From: Podarcis liolepis
Taxonomy: Eukaryota
Assembly: GCA_965112155.1 (NCBI GenBank)
Contig: OZ218098.1
Reading direction: 5' to 3' (one strand)
DNA: 64,000 bases
The notes beneath the pieces were generated by a model. It saw only the letters and a list, made by a program, of their open reading frames with translations, was not told where the DNA came from and did no database searches. Made by a program: the position numbers and the translations under genes. Of this stretch, positions 38,561-55,261 are shown piece by piece (within the stretch, counting starts at the first letter, position 1; every line of letters starts with the position of its first letter).

Positions 38561-40221
38561 AGCGTGCCATCAAGCACCTTGCAGCAGTATGGATGGGAAA
38601 ACATTGAGGTACAAGTTCAAATGAAAGCACCCTTGTGTGGGCAAATGTGTAAAAAAGTCCACATGGAAAAATAAGATCCATGTTGACTGTGAGCTAGAGC
38701 GTCTGCATATCTTCCCTGAAGAAGCAAGAGTATTTTTTACAGGGAAACCTGACTTTTTGAATGTGTTTGACCAGTGATTATAGTAGGAAAATCGGGTGCA
38801 GGAGGGGTGATGCAAACTATCACACCACAACATGTAACAATGCTCAATTGCTCATCTCCATTTTGCCCAACTCCAGCTTGGCTGGGAAAGTTATCTGCTT
38901 AAGAAACAGGAGAGCAAAAATATAAAGTCAAGAACAGACAATTCTGGCTAAATGAGACAGTGAATCAATTCAGGATATTGCCAAAATCATATGGAGCTTA
39001 ATGTAGACATTTGTGGATCACTATGGCAATACATCCTAGACCAACTACCCAATGTCACCTCCAGATAAAAGATAGGATGCCTCTACTTTTAACCTCCAAG
39101 TTAGATGAGCCTTTGAAACAGAACTGCAAGAGGCTTACGCGCCTTTCTCTGATAGCTGGGCACAGATGGTCCACTGACTTCAACAGAGCTGTGGCATCTG
39201 AAAGATGTTCCTGTTTATATTCCTTCCTTGCAAAGAGCCATCATGGTCATTTTGTATCATTATATTACATTTAGCATAACTTAAAATACTCAACTCTCTT
39301 TACATTGCCAACTTCTCCCTCCTAAAAAAAGGGTTTTCTTGAAAGGAGGAGTATACCTTCCTCTCTTTCCATCATCTTGGTAGTCTTGTTTACCCAGAGC
39401 CCTTCCAAACCATGCTTTTTCTCAAAGACTTCCTTTCTACTTGGTAGCCTTGGGAGCGCAGTCAGAAAGCACAGATGGAAACAGATGCATTGATACTAAA
39501 ACAAGATACGAAGCATATCATGCCAGTGATCAAAGAACATTTCCCTGTTTCATTATTATTATTATTTACAATAAAGCCAGCGCTGATGGTTCAAGATGTT
39601 CAGATACACAACCAGTTTAAGATTGGTAAGATCTGAATCCCTCAATCTGACAGTAGCAAAGCTATCTATGATCTAACTAATCAGAGTTCCTTTTGGGCTT
39701 GGGTACATGATCAGTTATCCTGGAACAAAGCCTCTGAAATCTATCAAGACTTCAGTCTTCTGCTGCATGTGTTTTTGAAAAACAAATTCATGAGGTAAAA
39801 GGCATACCCTTTACGTTCATCTCAGAATTAGTGATCATAAGTACAAAGGATGATCACGTGGTAGAAGAGAGGCCAGATCTAGCCACCAAAGCAATTCTAT
39901 GGGACCCATGGCAGCCCTATCCATTTCTGAACAAGGAGTGGGGGAAATGGCCCCCAGTTTCACTCAGAAAGAAAACAACATAGCTGTCAAAAGTTGCAAG
40001 AGACAGTTATGCCCCACACTTTAACACATACTCTATCTCTTTGGGTTTTGTATGGAGCACACTCTCAACTATACCTAAGCATGCATACCTTGTCATTGTA
40101 AGAGTCTTAAACATCATTATAAAGCCTGACCTTTAGTGAGCATGCATAGCTGAGGTGTCATATCTTCATGGCTCCCCCTGAGGTATTTCTACACAAAACA
40201 GAATGGGAAGAGGGGTACACC

Positions 40222-40352
40222 CAGTACTATTTTTCTAGAAAAAGAAGCGCTGGAGTTCACTATGAACGCCTCCCTTGTTCTACTAGAATGGCAATGGCGC
40301 CAACCTGAGAGGTGCCGGAACTAAGTTCTGGCGAGTTCCAGCTGGAAAAAAA
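40222..40352. mobile_element. Short hAT-like MITE (inverted copy of 59443-59575)
   Basis: ctatttttctagaaaaag...cctcccttgttc...agaatggcaa...cctgagaggtgccggaact...gagttccagctggaaaaaa is the reverse complement of the element at 59443. Confidence 0.7.
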
Positions 40353-42671
40353 GTCATGGGTCCCCCTGTAGGGGCAGGGAAAACATGGCTCAGTCAGACA
40401 CAGTACAGAGCAGGGGCACAAGGGCACAAGGGAAAGCCAATAGCAATACTTTTAACAGTGGCTGGATGGCCCAGCTCTGAGACGAAGAATATACTGAGGA
40501 TGCCACTCTGTGCAGTACAACACCTAGTCATGCATGATCATGAAGGTGTAACAATCTTTGTACATCATGACAGACTTTAGTAGAAGGAGGGACAAGATAG
40601 GGGATTGAGAAAGAAAAGAGATAATATTGCTGAAAGAGAGAGAAAAGAGGGTTGGCATAATGACAGCAAAAGTGAGTCATCCTGGAATGAGATGCGGAGA
40701 CTCCAAAATGGATTCCTACAGACTTCTACATGAGCTACTTAGTCACGTTAACATCCAGTGCAGTGCATTCCAAAGGTTCACACAAGCTAGAGGAAAAGAT
40801 TTGGGCTGCCAAAACAATGCCGTGTCAAGACAACGAAGATCAAAATCCGGGACTCTCAAAGAGCCACAACTAAGTGCAAATTCTACTGAATAAACACAGC
40901 AGAAGTGCTGCCAACTTCAGATTTTATAATAAGCTTCCCAATATGTGCTTTTCATTCCAATGCCTCACCAGCTGGAATGTGCATGATTTTGAAAGGTTCT
41001 TTAAGCTTGGGAGTGGAGAAAAAAAGCACCCAAAAAGTATGAAAAATACTGGGGAGAGGAAGAGGAGGAGGAAGAGGAAGGGTGAGAGTGGGAGATCTAA
41101 AAATAAAGTGAACCTAGGGATGCAAAAGCCAGGAAGTGTTATTTTAGCATTCTCCCACTGATTTTTTAAAAAATAAAAATTACACAAACTCCTAACAGAG
41201 CAGGGGGAGGGCTTGACTGCCCCATTTCTGGCTTAATGACTCTTGAATGCTAGGCACAGATAACATGAACTTGAGAGTTCAAGGCCCTGTGAATTCTGCA
41301 ATTCCCAGTATTCCCACAGAATAAAAAGCACTTCAGTACCTGCAAGGCATCAAGCAATGGTAACCAGTATTTTGCAGTTGGTAATCTCTAGCAGCTGCAT
41401 CAATATTTCTGGATACAAAGAAAATGCCTCTGTGAAAGAATGAGCCTGGAAAAACAGTTCATGAATAAATCTTCCCTAAAATGCCCAAACCAACTAACTT
41501 AAAACGAAAACAAATGAAAACATTTCTCTAGTCGCTCACAACATTGTTTGGCCACAGCTTCTCACAAGGACTCAGTGGTACCTCCATCCCAAACAAAGAA
41601 CTCCAGATCCCAAGGCAATATAAAACAGTAGCTTTGTTTGTAACCAAAGCAATGTTATTCTACAACATGAAATGCAAGTTCGCGCTGGAGCACTTTTGAA
41701 ATTGCCTCTACTTATTGCTCCACAGCAAGGCTGAAGAGACTCTCAAGGTCATTAAAGGAATAGTAACTGCATCAATTAAAATGGATATAGCACTGTCAAA
41801 ATGTTAAAAGCACTTGTCATGCAGTATTTTTATTTACATGTGCTTTATTATTCTTTATCACTATTGTAAGCACTTTGTGCATTGGGGGAATAAACAATAA
41901 ATATATTCATTATTGTATTATTATTATTATCATCATGATGTAATTTTTATTATGGCCTTGAAAAACAGGGGTAGTGCTATTATCCCCCCGTTATTAAGCT
42001 GAGAGAACGTAGCTTGCCTGCCTCTGGCCACCTAGTGATTTCACCCAATTCCTAGCTCAGGCTCTCTGGCTACCATATCACTGCAGCTCTCAATCCAGCT
42101 CTCCGAATAATCCAGCTCTGACATTCACCCTGCCAAGAATACCTGCTGCCAAGGCTGAACAGATTTTGCCGTATGAGCAAAGTTGGGTGTAGTTCACCAC
42201 CCTGGGCATTTCTTGGAAAGATGGCATACAAGTTCTATCTTTTTCATTTCTTCAATTTAGGGAGCTGGGTGAGAGGTGAAATGATGGTAATTATGTCCAG
42301 GCATGATTGACGTAACAAAGACTGGAGGATCATGTGACCTGGACAGAATTTGACACTCTGAGCACACTCCGTACTATCAGGCTCACTGTCTTCAGGTGCT
42401 CCTGGATTTATTTATCCAAATTTAGACACTCAAGTGAATCCTTGACTTAAGCTCTATTGCAGCCTTTTCTTTTAAGATCAGCTCAGAATTAATACTTAAC
42501 CATTTCTACGTTAGGTGGCTGTGTTTTCTGTGGGTAAGCCCCTCAAAAGTAGCACAGAAATGTCAGCTGGTAGAAAACATCACTTCTCGGTTTTTGAAGG
42601 TCACAAGAAGCATATGACACCCATGATAGACCATCAGCACTGGCTCTTTACTGCCTTACTGGCTAAATTTA

Positions 42672-42762
42672 GGCTGCAGTCCTATATACACTTTCCAGGG
42701 AGTAAGTTCCACTGAATTCAAGTGGGGTTTATTTCCAGGTAGGCATGTGCAGGATCACACTG
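42672..42762. repeat. Short palindromic interspersed repeat (several degraded copies in window)
   Basis: gctgcagtcctatatacactttccagggagtaagttccactgaattcaagtggggtttatttccaggtaggcatgtgcaggatcacac. Related pieces occur near 16360, 49400, 60030 and 62850. Confidence 0.55.
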
Positions 42763-43127
42763 TTAATGTGTTGGGACTTATGAAGCCCTAAACAAACTGG
42801 GCCAAACATACCTGACCAATGGCCTCCATCCCTCTGCTTCACTGTAAGCTCCAATAATATTTGGAAGCACCCTCTCAAGTTTAACATTCACAGCACTCAC
42901 AGAGAGGTGTTCTTAGTGGTTGCCCTTTGTCTGTGGAACACCCCCGAAGACTTAAGGGAGTCTGAGCAAGCATCCTCTCAAAGCAGTGTAAAACATTTTG
43001 ATTTTACTTGGCTTTGAGTGGCCAGGGACAGTAAGCAACAATGGTTTCAAAAACTGTACTTGGGTTAAAGGGTTTAATATTTTTAAGTGCCTCAAGTGCA
43101 CACTAGCCATTAAGTCTGGAACTGCCA

Positions 43128-43162
43128 TCATTCATTCATTCATTCATTCATTCATTCATTCA
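43128..43162. repeat. (TTCA)n microsatellite
   Basis: Tandem cattcatt run. Confidence 0.9.
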
Positions 43163-43183
43163 CTTTTTACCAATGATCCAGAT

Positions 43184-43508
43184 CAGAGGTCAGCAAACTT
43201 TTTCAGCAGGGGGCCGGTCCACTGTCCCTCAGACCTTGTGGGGGGCTGGACTATATTTTGAGGGGGGGAAATAATGAACGAATTCCTATGCCTCACAAAT
43301 AACCCAGAGATGCATTTTAGATAAAAGCACACATTCTACTCATGTAAAAACACCAGACAGGCCTCAGAAATAACCCCGAGATGCATTTTACATAAAAGTA
43401 CACATTCTACTCATGTAAAAACACGCTGATTCCCAGACTGTCTGCGGGCTGGATTTAGAAGGTGATTGGGCCAGATCCGGCCCCCGGGCCTTAGTTTGCC
43501 CACCCATG
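43184..43508. mobile_element. hAT (Charlie-like) MITE with internal tandem duplication
   Basis: Ends CAGAGGTCAGCAAACT ... AGTTTGCCCACCCATG; perfect 8-bp TSD ATCCAGAT (43176-43183, 43509-43516). Two internal copies of aaataacc..gagatgcatttta.ataaaag.acacattctactcatgtaaaaacac. Confidence 0.88.
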
Positions 43509-43854
43509 ATCCAGATGATGCATTCTACTTCTCTTGTGTGGTCTGTTTCCTCCAGACCTGATTTGTGGTGATTCTCTTCATTTAGAAAAAGGATAATAAA
43601 AGAAGTTAGCACTAGCTTTCTTTCAGCAAGCACAGCTCCATTGAGACTTCTCACACCATTGTGCTTTTAATTAGAAACTTCTTCCTTGCAGCTTTTGCCT
43701 CTAATTGCTCACTGTTCAATATGGTCTGGGCATTATTGATTCATTTGCCCTTTAATTAAATCAGTTCCTGCTCCCCACCAGTGGGCATTTTAGATACTGT
43801 TTTCCTCCCCTTAATATTTCTTTTACTTTTTTAATTGCAAAACAGCTCTATTTC

Positions 43855-43897
<43 letters not shown>

Positions 43898-43898
43898 A
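43855..43898. repeat. (AAAG)n microsatellite
   Basis: Tandem aaag run. Confidence 0.95.
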
Positions 43899-46800
43899 TA
43901 GAGGAAATCAGATATTAAAGTCCCCAAGCCTGTTGGAGGAAAGGCACTGATTCATTAAGGAGTCATTCATCAGCAAAGCCAAGGCTCATTAAAAAAACCC
44001 ATAAAGCAACTGGAAATTTAAACTACAAAGTGGAAGCTTCTAATTAAAGTCACATGGGATCTTTGCGTAATAGGACTTACTTCTGAGTAAATATCTTAGA
44101 TATTTGGGACGTTATCATAGGGATGGGCATTGCGATTAATATAGTGCTATCGTTAGTACCAGGTATAATTACCACTTTAATTCTGTTTCCAGCTAATTTC
44201 AGAAAGGCAATACTTCAGCACCTTTAAATAAAACTAGTATGGATGTAACCAAACATACAAATAAACCCCAATAACATTTAGTCATCAGAATATCATCCCT
44301 TTCTTGCCATTTTGTTGTACTATAAATACTCAGTTGTTCTTCACTGTATGGGCCACACCACATTATTAGTAAAGCTGTTGCACCTTTCCCCATTGCACCT
44401 TCCCATAGCCCTTACGGCTTGGCTACCAAGGATAACTTTGTCAAAGGTGGACTGTCCTTAATACCAAAGGAGATGTGTGACATATGACGTTAAGGACTTA
44501 TTTCAAGTCTTTTAGAATACTGTATAACATCCTAGAAAGGAAAATTATTAGTTAAAAGGACATAACATTAAAATCAAGCTAACAACAGGGCCTTTCATTC
44601 TCAAAAGTCATCTGTGCCACACAAACACTTCCCATCAGATGTTGTGATGGGGGTAATTCAGCACTGCAGGCTTGTTAGTAATTATTTCTCAGCGAGAATA
44701 ATCAAAGGTGTTACCCCAATAAAAACAAGACAACTGCTGAGACTCTTAATGAGAAACAAAAAAGTTTAGGAAACACTGACCTAATTGGAGTAGAATGCAT
44801 AAAGCTCAAACTGGTTCCTGCCAACTCTGCAGTTCGTCAAGACACTATGCAAACCAAGAGTTCAGGCAGAAGCCTATTCACACAATCAGCATGCTGCAGT
44901 TAACTGTACGATGCTAAAAATGGAAGTGGATTCTGACAATAATTGCCAGTAGTTCAGTGGCATTCAATTGTAAACAACACCACATTAGCTGTCAGGTGGA
45001 AACTCTGCACATGACATTCCCAGGTGTGTAACCACAGATCTAGGGTAATAGATTTATTTAAAGGCGCGGGTTAGGATGATCATGTGGCTGAACTGATAAA
45101 GAGTGTGAAAACATTTTGTATGAATCACCTCTCTGAAACCAACCCCAAAGTGACACAGATATTTTGCATTCAGTCTCTTTGCACAACATTCCACAGAAGA
45201 GGAATCCTTCCCCCACTCCCATCAGAAACTTCAAAACTGGGTGTGGGGGCGGTATATAGGGAAAGAAAAGAGATGGCATAAGTAGCACAATGTTTTGTGG
45301 CAGTCAGCCAATGGAAGAGAAATAAACTGTAATAAAATTAGAAGCATAGCATAAACACCCATTGCTTCTTTAAAATTCATTCCAAGACAAAGATGTTAAC
45401 TTTGGCAATGCTTGGATAGCCATGCCATGCCAACAGAGATATCGAGATTGAGGCTGAACATAGTGGAATTGGTCCAGAGAGGGACTGAAGACAGCTGACA
45501 AAGAGGTGTGTGCTGGAAGAGAGAGGAAGGGAAAAAACAGTGGAGAGCAATGGAGGGGAGGAGAACAGCGGGAGGGGGTCGGAAGCAAAGAGGTATCAGG
45601 GAGACGGAAAAAGAAGTGCAAAAAAGAGTGGAGTGCTGAAACAGGCAGAGGAAAAAGACGTTTATATACATATATATCTCAACATGAATGCCTGAGAACA
45701 TTGCTTCCTTTCACCAGGTGTTATAATTTTGTTTACAATACTCTTTAAAAATAGCCCCTGATGCCGCCCAAGAGCTTTGGTCTCCTGCTTTTGGAGAAAC
45801 CTCCCTGAGAATTTGTGCCCCCCTCCCCACATTCCTCCTTTCTTACTCCCTTCTTAGACATGCTTTTATTGCTTAGATTTAATACAAATCTAGCCTGACA
45901 GCCCCCACAAGAATGAACCTGCCACCTTCCGAGACGGGGGAAAGTTCTGTGGCTGCCACCCATCCACCCAAGACCCACAAGAAGTCTGCAGTGGCCCAGG
46001 TCATACCAGTTTTGCTTCTGTGCCCTTTTAAGGGAATAAAAAGTCAGGAAAAGCAGCAGGGCAAGGCACAAGGCTCCTTTCCCACCATACAAAGACTGGA
46101 GGCAAAGCTCTTTCCTGGACCGGGAGCTCTCTGCACAAACAAAGCTTTCGCATGAGCTTCTTCTCAAACCTGACAGCTGGACGGAGCAGTCCAAAGGACG
46201 TTTCTCTTTCCAAGTCTAATTCCAGTAGTAGGATAAAAAAATCCTGGGATGAAAAAAGATGTTACATTCACACACTCAACTCTGTAGCCCTCCAGGGCTC
46301 AGAGTTCAAGGTGGGTAAGAATAGGTAGGAAGGGGGAGAGAACAAAATGGCTTTATCCTGACTTGTTGAGACTCATTGTAGCATACCAGACAACCAGAAA
46401 GGAATCGCCCAAAGATACACCAGACTCTCAGAGCAGCACAGGAAAGTCACTTCAAGTCTTCGGCTGGCAGAATTTTGCAGGAAGCCCAAGGAGGTGATTA
46501 CTGCCCAGAGAGAGGCAGGTTGTACTTTTCCACCAGGATGTGACCATTGCCCATATCTTGAGCGAGGATCAAAAGGACTAGCATTTCAAAGATTTGATGC
46601 AAGGAAATGATCCATCATGAGAATAATTTTTCCTATACAGTACCTCCTATTCCCATCCCTTGTGTCCTAGGACTCGGTAGGGTGCTTACAAGTTACCCAT
46701 AGTGCATTACAGCTATATGGGCTAGGGTCAAGCATGGCTCCACATAGAAAAAAGACAGCAAGCCTTCTGATGAGTTGCTGTCATGTGTTCTTTACAAGGG

Positions 46801-46961
46801 ATTGCCAAGGTCCCATCAACCTGCCTCAAAGATGGTGGCTCCTCCTGAGCCTAGTGCATGCCCAGCTCCTAATACCCTGTCAAGCAGTAGAGCCAAAAGC
46901 CTACCAACATCCATCAGATTTTTATTTTTACAGCTGCAGCCATGTTAACTGTTGTAGCCTT

Positions 46962-49250
<2,289 letters not shown>

Positions 49251-50794
49251 TTAGCACCCAAAGTCCACACTGCAAAGCAAAAAGGCTTTCCAGTACTGTA
49301 ATGTTGCTGCCACAGATTCCCTAGAGAGAAGGTACACACGAGTGTTACTACTGCAGGGTGGCATCTGTTGGTTGGAAACTAACAGCACCCAGTCACATGG
49401 GAGCAAGCCCCATTGTGTCCACTGAGGCTTACTTTTGAGTAAGCAGACTTATCAGACTTACTCCTTTTTAAAGAGCTTGATCCTTGTAACAACTGAAAGA
49501 TTGCTCTTCACAATTTACAGCTGAGAAACTGAGGGCCCATTGTCACAGCTCCTTGCTGGATGGTATCCACAGCCTGCAGTGATTTGCAGCTGTGGTGCCA
49601 TGTGCCGAAGTTCTGGTGCAAAAGCCACAAGAGTAGATGCAGAACTCCGCATGAGCTGGTTTTTAAGGCACTGCTGGCAAAAGTAGCTTTTTGAGTACTT
49701 CAACAATCTATAAAAAGCGAATCCACACAGACTTCTTGTGCGCATTTGGCACTGATTGTCGTATTACGTCAGTTCGTCGCATCTGCTGCTGGAAGTCAGT
49801 GCAACAAATATAGTATCAGGTTAGGAAGCAAACCATTAAAAGGTACAATAGTTGTATGAAGACTCTGGCCTCTGGTTATATAAAATCTGTATTTCGTATA
49901 GAAAACACTAGATTTCATTCAGTTAACACACAGAAGTAAGTTTGTGAACCAAGAGCTAAACATTTACATTCAGGCAGCTGAAGACTGGCTATTTAAGTTA
50001 AGAGAACTTGCTTCAGGAATCTTGGTGACTTCAAATTTCTAAGCTGTCACATAGAACTGATTATCATGTGAAAAGAATCCCTATGCATGACTTCAAAATA
50101 ATAATATAGATTTGCTCCCTTACATGCCACTGGTTTCTGATCTGGTGCATAGACTAGCAAAGCACCCTAAATCAGCCTTCTGCCCTTGAAGTAAACTTTA
50201 AGATACAGAAACCCTAATATTAAAGAGGATGTTTAAACATGAGTTATAGAGTAAATATGTGGCCATAGCCACATTGTGTAGAAAAGAATTCCTGCACCTG
50301 CCTAAAATGCATAAATTACAAATCCCATCCATAAAATAGAGGCTTACATTTATGATAAATGCAGATTCAGAGGATGAGAAAAATAAGGCTCTTTCAGATC
50401 TTGGTCTAGCTCCCATAAAAATGAGCAGTTGTTTTTCCATTAACTTTATTTGCAGGCACATCAGAACCTCAGAGTTCTATACACAGAGTTTGCTTAGCAC
50501 ACAGTCAGATCAGTACTGCCTTATTCCCCATGAACTATATTAATGTATTCCCATTGGTAGGCTTGTTATTTCAGTACCAACTCCCCCTCAGTCATATATC
50601 TATATCTCCATCGTCATGAGTGACACTCGCTCTGAATTATTCTCACTCCAGATGGTTGTAAAGGTGATGGGGATTCTTTTTCCAGAGCTATATGTAGACT
50701 TCTCTGCCTTCTGCAGACATAGTTACCAGCTGATGTTGCAGATCTGATCCATATATTCATACCCATTTTTAACTTCCCTCTAGTATAGTAGAGT

Positions 50795-50975
50795 CCATGG
50801 CTAAGTGGTAGAGCATCTGTTTTGCATGGCAAGGATCCCAGGTTAAATTGCCAGCATCTCCAGATGAGGCTGGGAGATACTTCTACCTGCAACCATGGAA
50901 TGCTGCCACCAGTCCGTGTAGACACTATTGAGCTAGATGGACCAAGTGTAAGGCAGCTTCTATATTTCCTATGTA
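50795..50975 (+). mobile_element. tRNA-derived SINE with CR1-like 3' tail
   Basis: tggctaagtggtagagcatctg (A box)...ccaggttaaattgccagcatctcca (B-box-like)...gagctagatggaccaa...taaggcagcttctat. Confidence 0.7.
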
Positions 50976-53075
50976 TAGCTAACCATGAAGCAGTAGCCCG
51001 TTTTTCAGGAAATTGCCATCATTGTCATCCAGTACACCACATACAGTGGAATGGGGAACCCTTTTGGCCCAGTGTGTCCAGATCTGTACCTCTGCCCCTC
51101 CCCCTTGCGCACATGCACACATAGCAGCAGCATATGTTATATAGGCTTCTACAAATGTGGAAGACACTCCTCCCCACCCACCCACCCACCCACCCACAAG
51201 TGTGTAGAACAAAACACCAATTGGGACAAGAACCCCCTACTCACTCAAAAGTTGAAGACAAGAAACAGCATGGGCTGACTATCTTCAGAAAATGCAACTA
51301 ATCCATCTGGGGAAATATAAACACAGATATTCAGTGGGAGGGAGGGAGCAGAGAAGGAGGCTCAGGCAGCACATTAGATATGTAAGAGAACAGCCTAGAA
51401 GAGAGTGCAGTTCTGCAGGGTGTATGCAAAGATGAAGATGTCAGGGTTATGAAAGCGGGAGGAGATGATCCTTGCGTACAGGACTCTTCTAGTCATGTGC
51501 TGGCTGACAAGTGAGAGGAGGACGTTGAAAGCAAAACAAAACCCAAGCCCAGAAATGATCAAATAGCAGAAGGAAATGGTTTTTAAAGGCGAGCTTCTAA
51601 TGGAGTTAGCCCCGCATAGCTTCACTAGGAAAGGAAAGAGGTGGCATCAGATAACAATCTAAAAATTTCAAAGAAGTTAAACTATGGATGGCTGGGAGAA
51701 AGTTTTGGAGCAAAAAGTTAAAAGTAAGGAAACATTTTATTGGCACTCAGAGGCACCAGGCTAATGAAAACCTTTGCTTGCAATATTACAGTCACACCAT
51801 GAGGCCACAGAGAGAACCCGATAGTACCCTTAATGAACTAAGGATTTAAATTAAATTGCTTTTTTACTGCTTTCTTTTCCCATCCCAAAAGCTGTCCTAA
51901 AAGCTATAGCCATGCTAGCTCTTTATATACACACATGCAAAAACCAGCCATTCCTTTTGCCCCATTTTCGAATCATCTTGGCTTGCATTAAACTCTTTCA
52001 TTATCAAGCAACAAATGCATTCCATGCACCAACTAAGTTCAAGGAGAGTTCTATCTAGGTCCTAGGACAACAACATGCTGAGGTGTGTATGTGGCAGAAC
52101 CATCTCAGTTTCCTCCTAGTTTGAAGAAGAGATCAGACATGCTGTCACATTCCAAGGCACAATGAGAAACTGATCTGATGCCAGATATCATTACGCTGAG
52201 CTTAAAGCTGCAACGTGTGTGGTACATTTGAGAGAAGTATTTCTTTTCAGTGTTGGAGCAGCCTGTGCCACCAGCTCATGAAACATTGACTAGGAGTGAA
52301 AACTCATCCACAGAGAGAAATGTGAGAAATGGAAAAAGGAAAGCAGTACACTGTGACTCCTATTAATACTGGGCAGAAAACTGAGAACCAGAGCTGAAAT
52401 GGTGTGCATTGCACCTGAAAGAAAAGAGAAATCAAGGTGTCAGTTCCATGCTGAAAAGGGAAAGGGAGACTGCGTTCATGTAACAGTGAGGAGGGGAGGG
52501 TACAGTATGTGTGTGTGTGTGTTGTCTTTACTATTCCTGGCCACAGGAGAAATAGGCTTTTCATATGGGTCACACAATTAAAGGATACAGGGAATTCCAG
52601 CTCTGCATGCACCTCCCACTACTACATACAATGCTCCCCAACTGTGTGAATGTTTATTGCACAATGCATGAAAGAAGCTGTACCCTACTAGCTATGTAGG
52701 TGGGTGAATTTGTGTTTCACAGTACAAGGACATATGGGAACCCTTACTATATGGTGTTATATCACACCCTGCAGGGGACAAAAGATCCTACTGTTTCAGT
52801 GTTCTGTGTGTGTGTTTCTAACTCTATACCACGATCAGAAAGATAAAATATATTTGCTGCCACCAGGCAAATGTTAACTAGCATACTGAGAATAACATGC
52901 TAGTGGTACTGGTATGGGGACATTGTACCAGATACGGCCTGAAATGAGTCTGATTGCAGTCTCAGCAGAGTGACACACAACCTTTATTACACTATAGTTG
53001 TTGGGAACTGAAGAAATCCAGTGTATACATAGCAGCGTTGTTGGAAGAGTGCAACAGAAAGATGTCCTAGATGTA

Positions 53076-53298
53076 CAGTGGTACCTCGGGTTAAGTACTT
53101 AATTCGTTCTGGAGGTCTGTTCTTAACCTGAAACTGTTCTTAACCTGAAACACCACTTTAGCTAATGGGGCCTCCTGCTGCCGCGCTGCCAGAGCACGAT
53201 TTCTGTTCTCATCCTGAAGCAAAGTTCTTAACCCAAGGTAATATTTCTGGGTTAGCGGAGTCTGTAACCTGAAGCGTATGTAACCTGAGGTACCACTG
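53076..53298. mobile_element. Tc1/mariner (Tigger/pogo-like) MITE
   Basis: TA-CAGTGGTACCTCGGGTTA ... TAACCTGAGGTACCACTG-TA. Internally homologous to 27365-27563. Confidence 0.92.
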
Positions 53299-54616
53299 TA
53301 TATGAAGGAGATATTTGTGCTTTTGCAACACAAGACATTGTGTTTCAAGGTCACAGCATTCATCCACCCATTGTATTAGTGGAATATTTATACCATATAC
53401 TAATCCTAGGAAGGACAAGTGTAGAGAAGTTTAGAAGTTGAAGAATAAATGTAGTTCCTGGTTCAGAGCATGCATCTGTTTTGGTCTGCCTTACATCTGG
53501 CACCTGGACATGAGGCCTCACTGTGATCATTCCACCCCAACCCTTCTGTTTCTTCACCAGACTCTTCATGAAAGTCATATCCATCTCTGCTTCCAGGGGT
53601 CTTTCTATATCCATTTAGATGCTGCGCCAGTTCCATTAAACATACCAGCAATATATTGTTTGAATTTATTTAAAACTATACAACCTTTAACAGTAAAATA
53701 TGAATGATGTGACAGCGCTATATCACTGTTGCTCCTTCCTTAGCATGTGGGATATTGTTCTGAGGCCCAAAGATATCAGTGTGGGGTCCAGTTTGGAACA
53801 GAGGCTGTAAAGAGGCAGAAAGACTAAAATCAATCACTAACCTTAGTCTAAGCTTTAATGTTAGACTAACGTGTGTGTGTGTAAACGGCATAGAGGTTTT
53901 AGTTACAATCAAGCAATATACCAGTTTTGTTGAATAAATAGCCTTAACAGGAAGGTTGATATTGAAAGGCAGAGAGAATGGAAGTGAAAAATGTCCGCAT
54001 TTGTCTTCCCCAGCAAAATTAACCCATGGCAGATTTCCAGGACATTTTTGTGTATGGAAAAAGTGCAGTTGGTTCTATGAAATTTTACTTTTCAGAGAAG
54101 AAAAAAAGCGCTGGAGTTGTCTGTATGTATTCCTGGCATTCATCCATAAAACTGTAGGTGTTTCCAGGTGTCACTATTTTCAGGTGGAATCCAATCATAT
54201 ACCAGAAAATTCAGGTTGCATGCATATAGTTGATTGGGAGGTCTTACACAAGAAACCTGCTTCCCCAAAAGATCAGACATTTTACAATAAGAAAAGTGAT
54301 GAGGGAAAATGTTCTGGAAACTGGGATAACAGTTGCTTGGATGCAATGTCATCTAACCTCTCCATGAACACCAGAGTGAAAGCTCATTAAATAACTAATG
54401 TTTACTAATCTCCCTGCAAACAAATCAGAATGAGTGCCCAATAAAAAGGCCGTCTGGTTTGATTAAACCTGAGAAGCTCTAGACTCCAGTTTCCAAACAG
54501 TGGCCAAATTAAAACAGCATAACACACAATATTGCCCTTTTGACTCTGCAGGTACCTCTCAGGTGCTTGATACTGCCAGCCTACTGTCCAATGATGCAAT
54601 GGGTTATGTCACTTAC

Positions 54617-54704
54617 TTAGTTGGGCACAGTCGTCTGATGGAGAGCAGCAAAGCGGCGGTCATGGGGAGAATCACGATAGAATGGATCAACTGTTGTAAT
54701 TGTC
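54617..54704 (-). CDS. SAXO4: SAXO4/PPP1R32 last coding exon
   Basis: tcctcctacatttcag acceptor. Encodes (R)TITTVDPFYRDSPHDRRFAALHQTTVPN then TAA, homologous to human TLTSADPFYQNTPH. Confidence 0.88.
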
Positions 54705-54827
54705 CTGAAATGTAGGAGGAGAAAGAATTACAAAAGAAAGGTCAGTTGGGGAAAACGGGGGATTGAAAGAGGAATCATACAGTAAAGGAAGGTCAGAGAA
54801 GAAGAGCTACAACAAATCCAAGATTAC

Positions 54828-54992
54828 CTGCCAACATGAGGATGGATTGTCCTCAAGGTCTCTGTGGCATTGGGGTCAGTACCTAAGTCAGTGGCATGGT
54901 TGTTAGTAGCAAAACCACCAGGCTGCTGTGGCTGGATCCCTCCTCGTGTCCAGCCTTCCCTATCCACTCCCTTTGGAATGTTTTCATAAAAC
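54828..54992 (-). CDS. SAXO4: SAXO4/PPP1R32 coding exon
   Basis: 165 nt, AG/GT boundaries. Encodes (K)FYENIPKGVDREGWTRGGIQPQQPGGFATNNHATDLGTDPNATETLRTIHPHVG(R); human has YFENIPKGLDQEGWTRGGIQPQ...LRHLHPHVGR. Confidence 0.93.
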
Positions 54993-55261
54993 CTGATTGA
55001 GAGAAAGGATGAATTATTCCATGTGTAGTCGAACTCACCTGCTGCCTCTGTTCTCCCTCAAACAAAATCAGGGGTGTGTATATATCCTGCAAACAATGCA
55101 CTTCTACAAGTATCTGTTTCAGTACACGCCATCCACACAAACAGGCCCAACAGCTGCACAAACCTTTGCTGTTCCAGTACTCTCACAATGCACTCTCTAA
55201 AGCCACCGCATGAAAAATACCTGAAGGATAAAGGACCTGCAAGGCTTTTATGCAGATAGGA

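Noticed and set aside
50795-50870. tRNA-like A/B boxes
   Set aside because: Degenerate and fused to a SINE body and CR1-like tail; not a functional tRNA gene.
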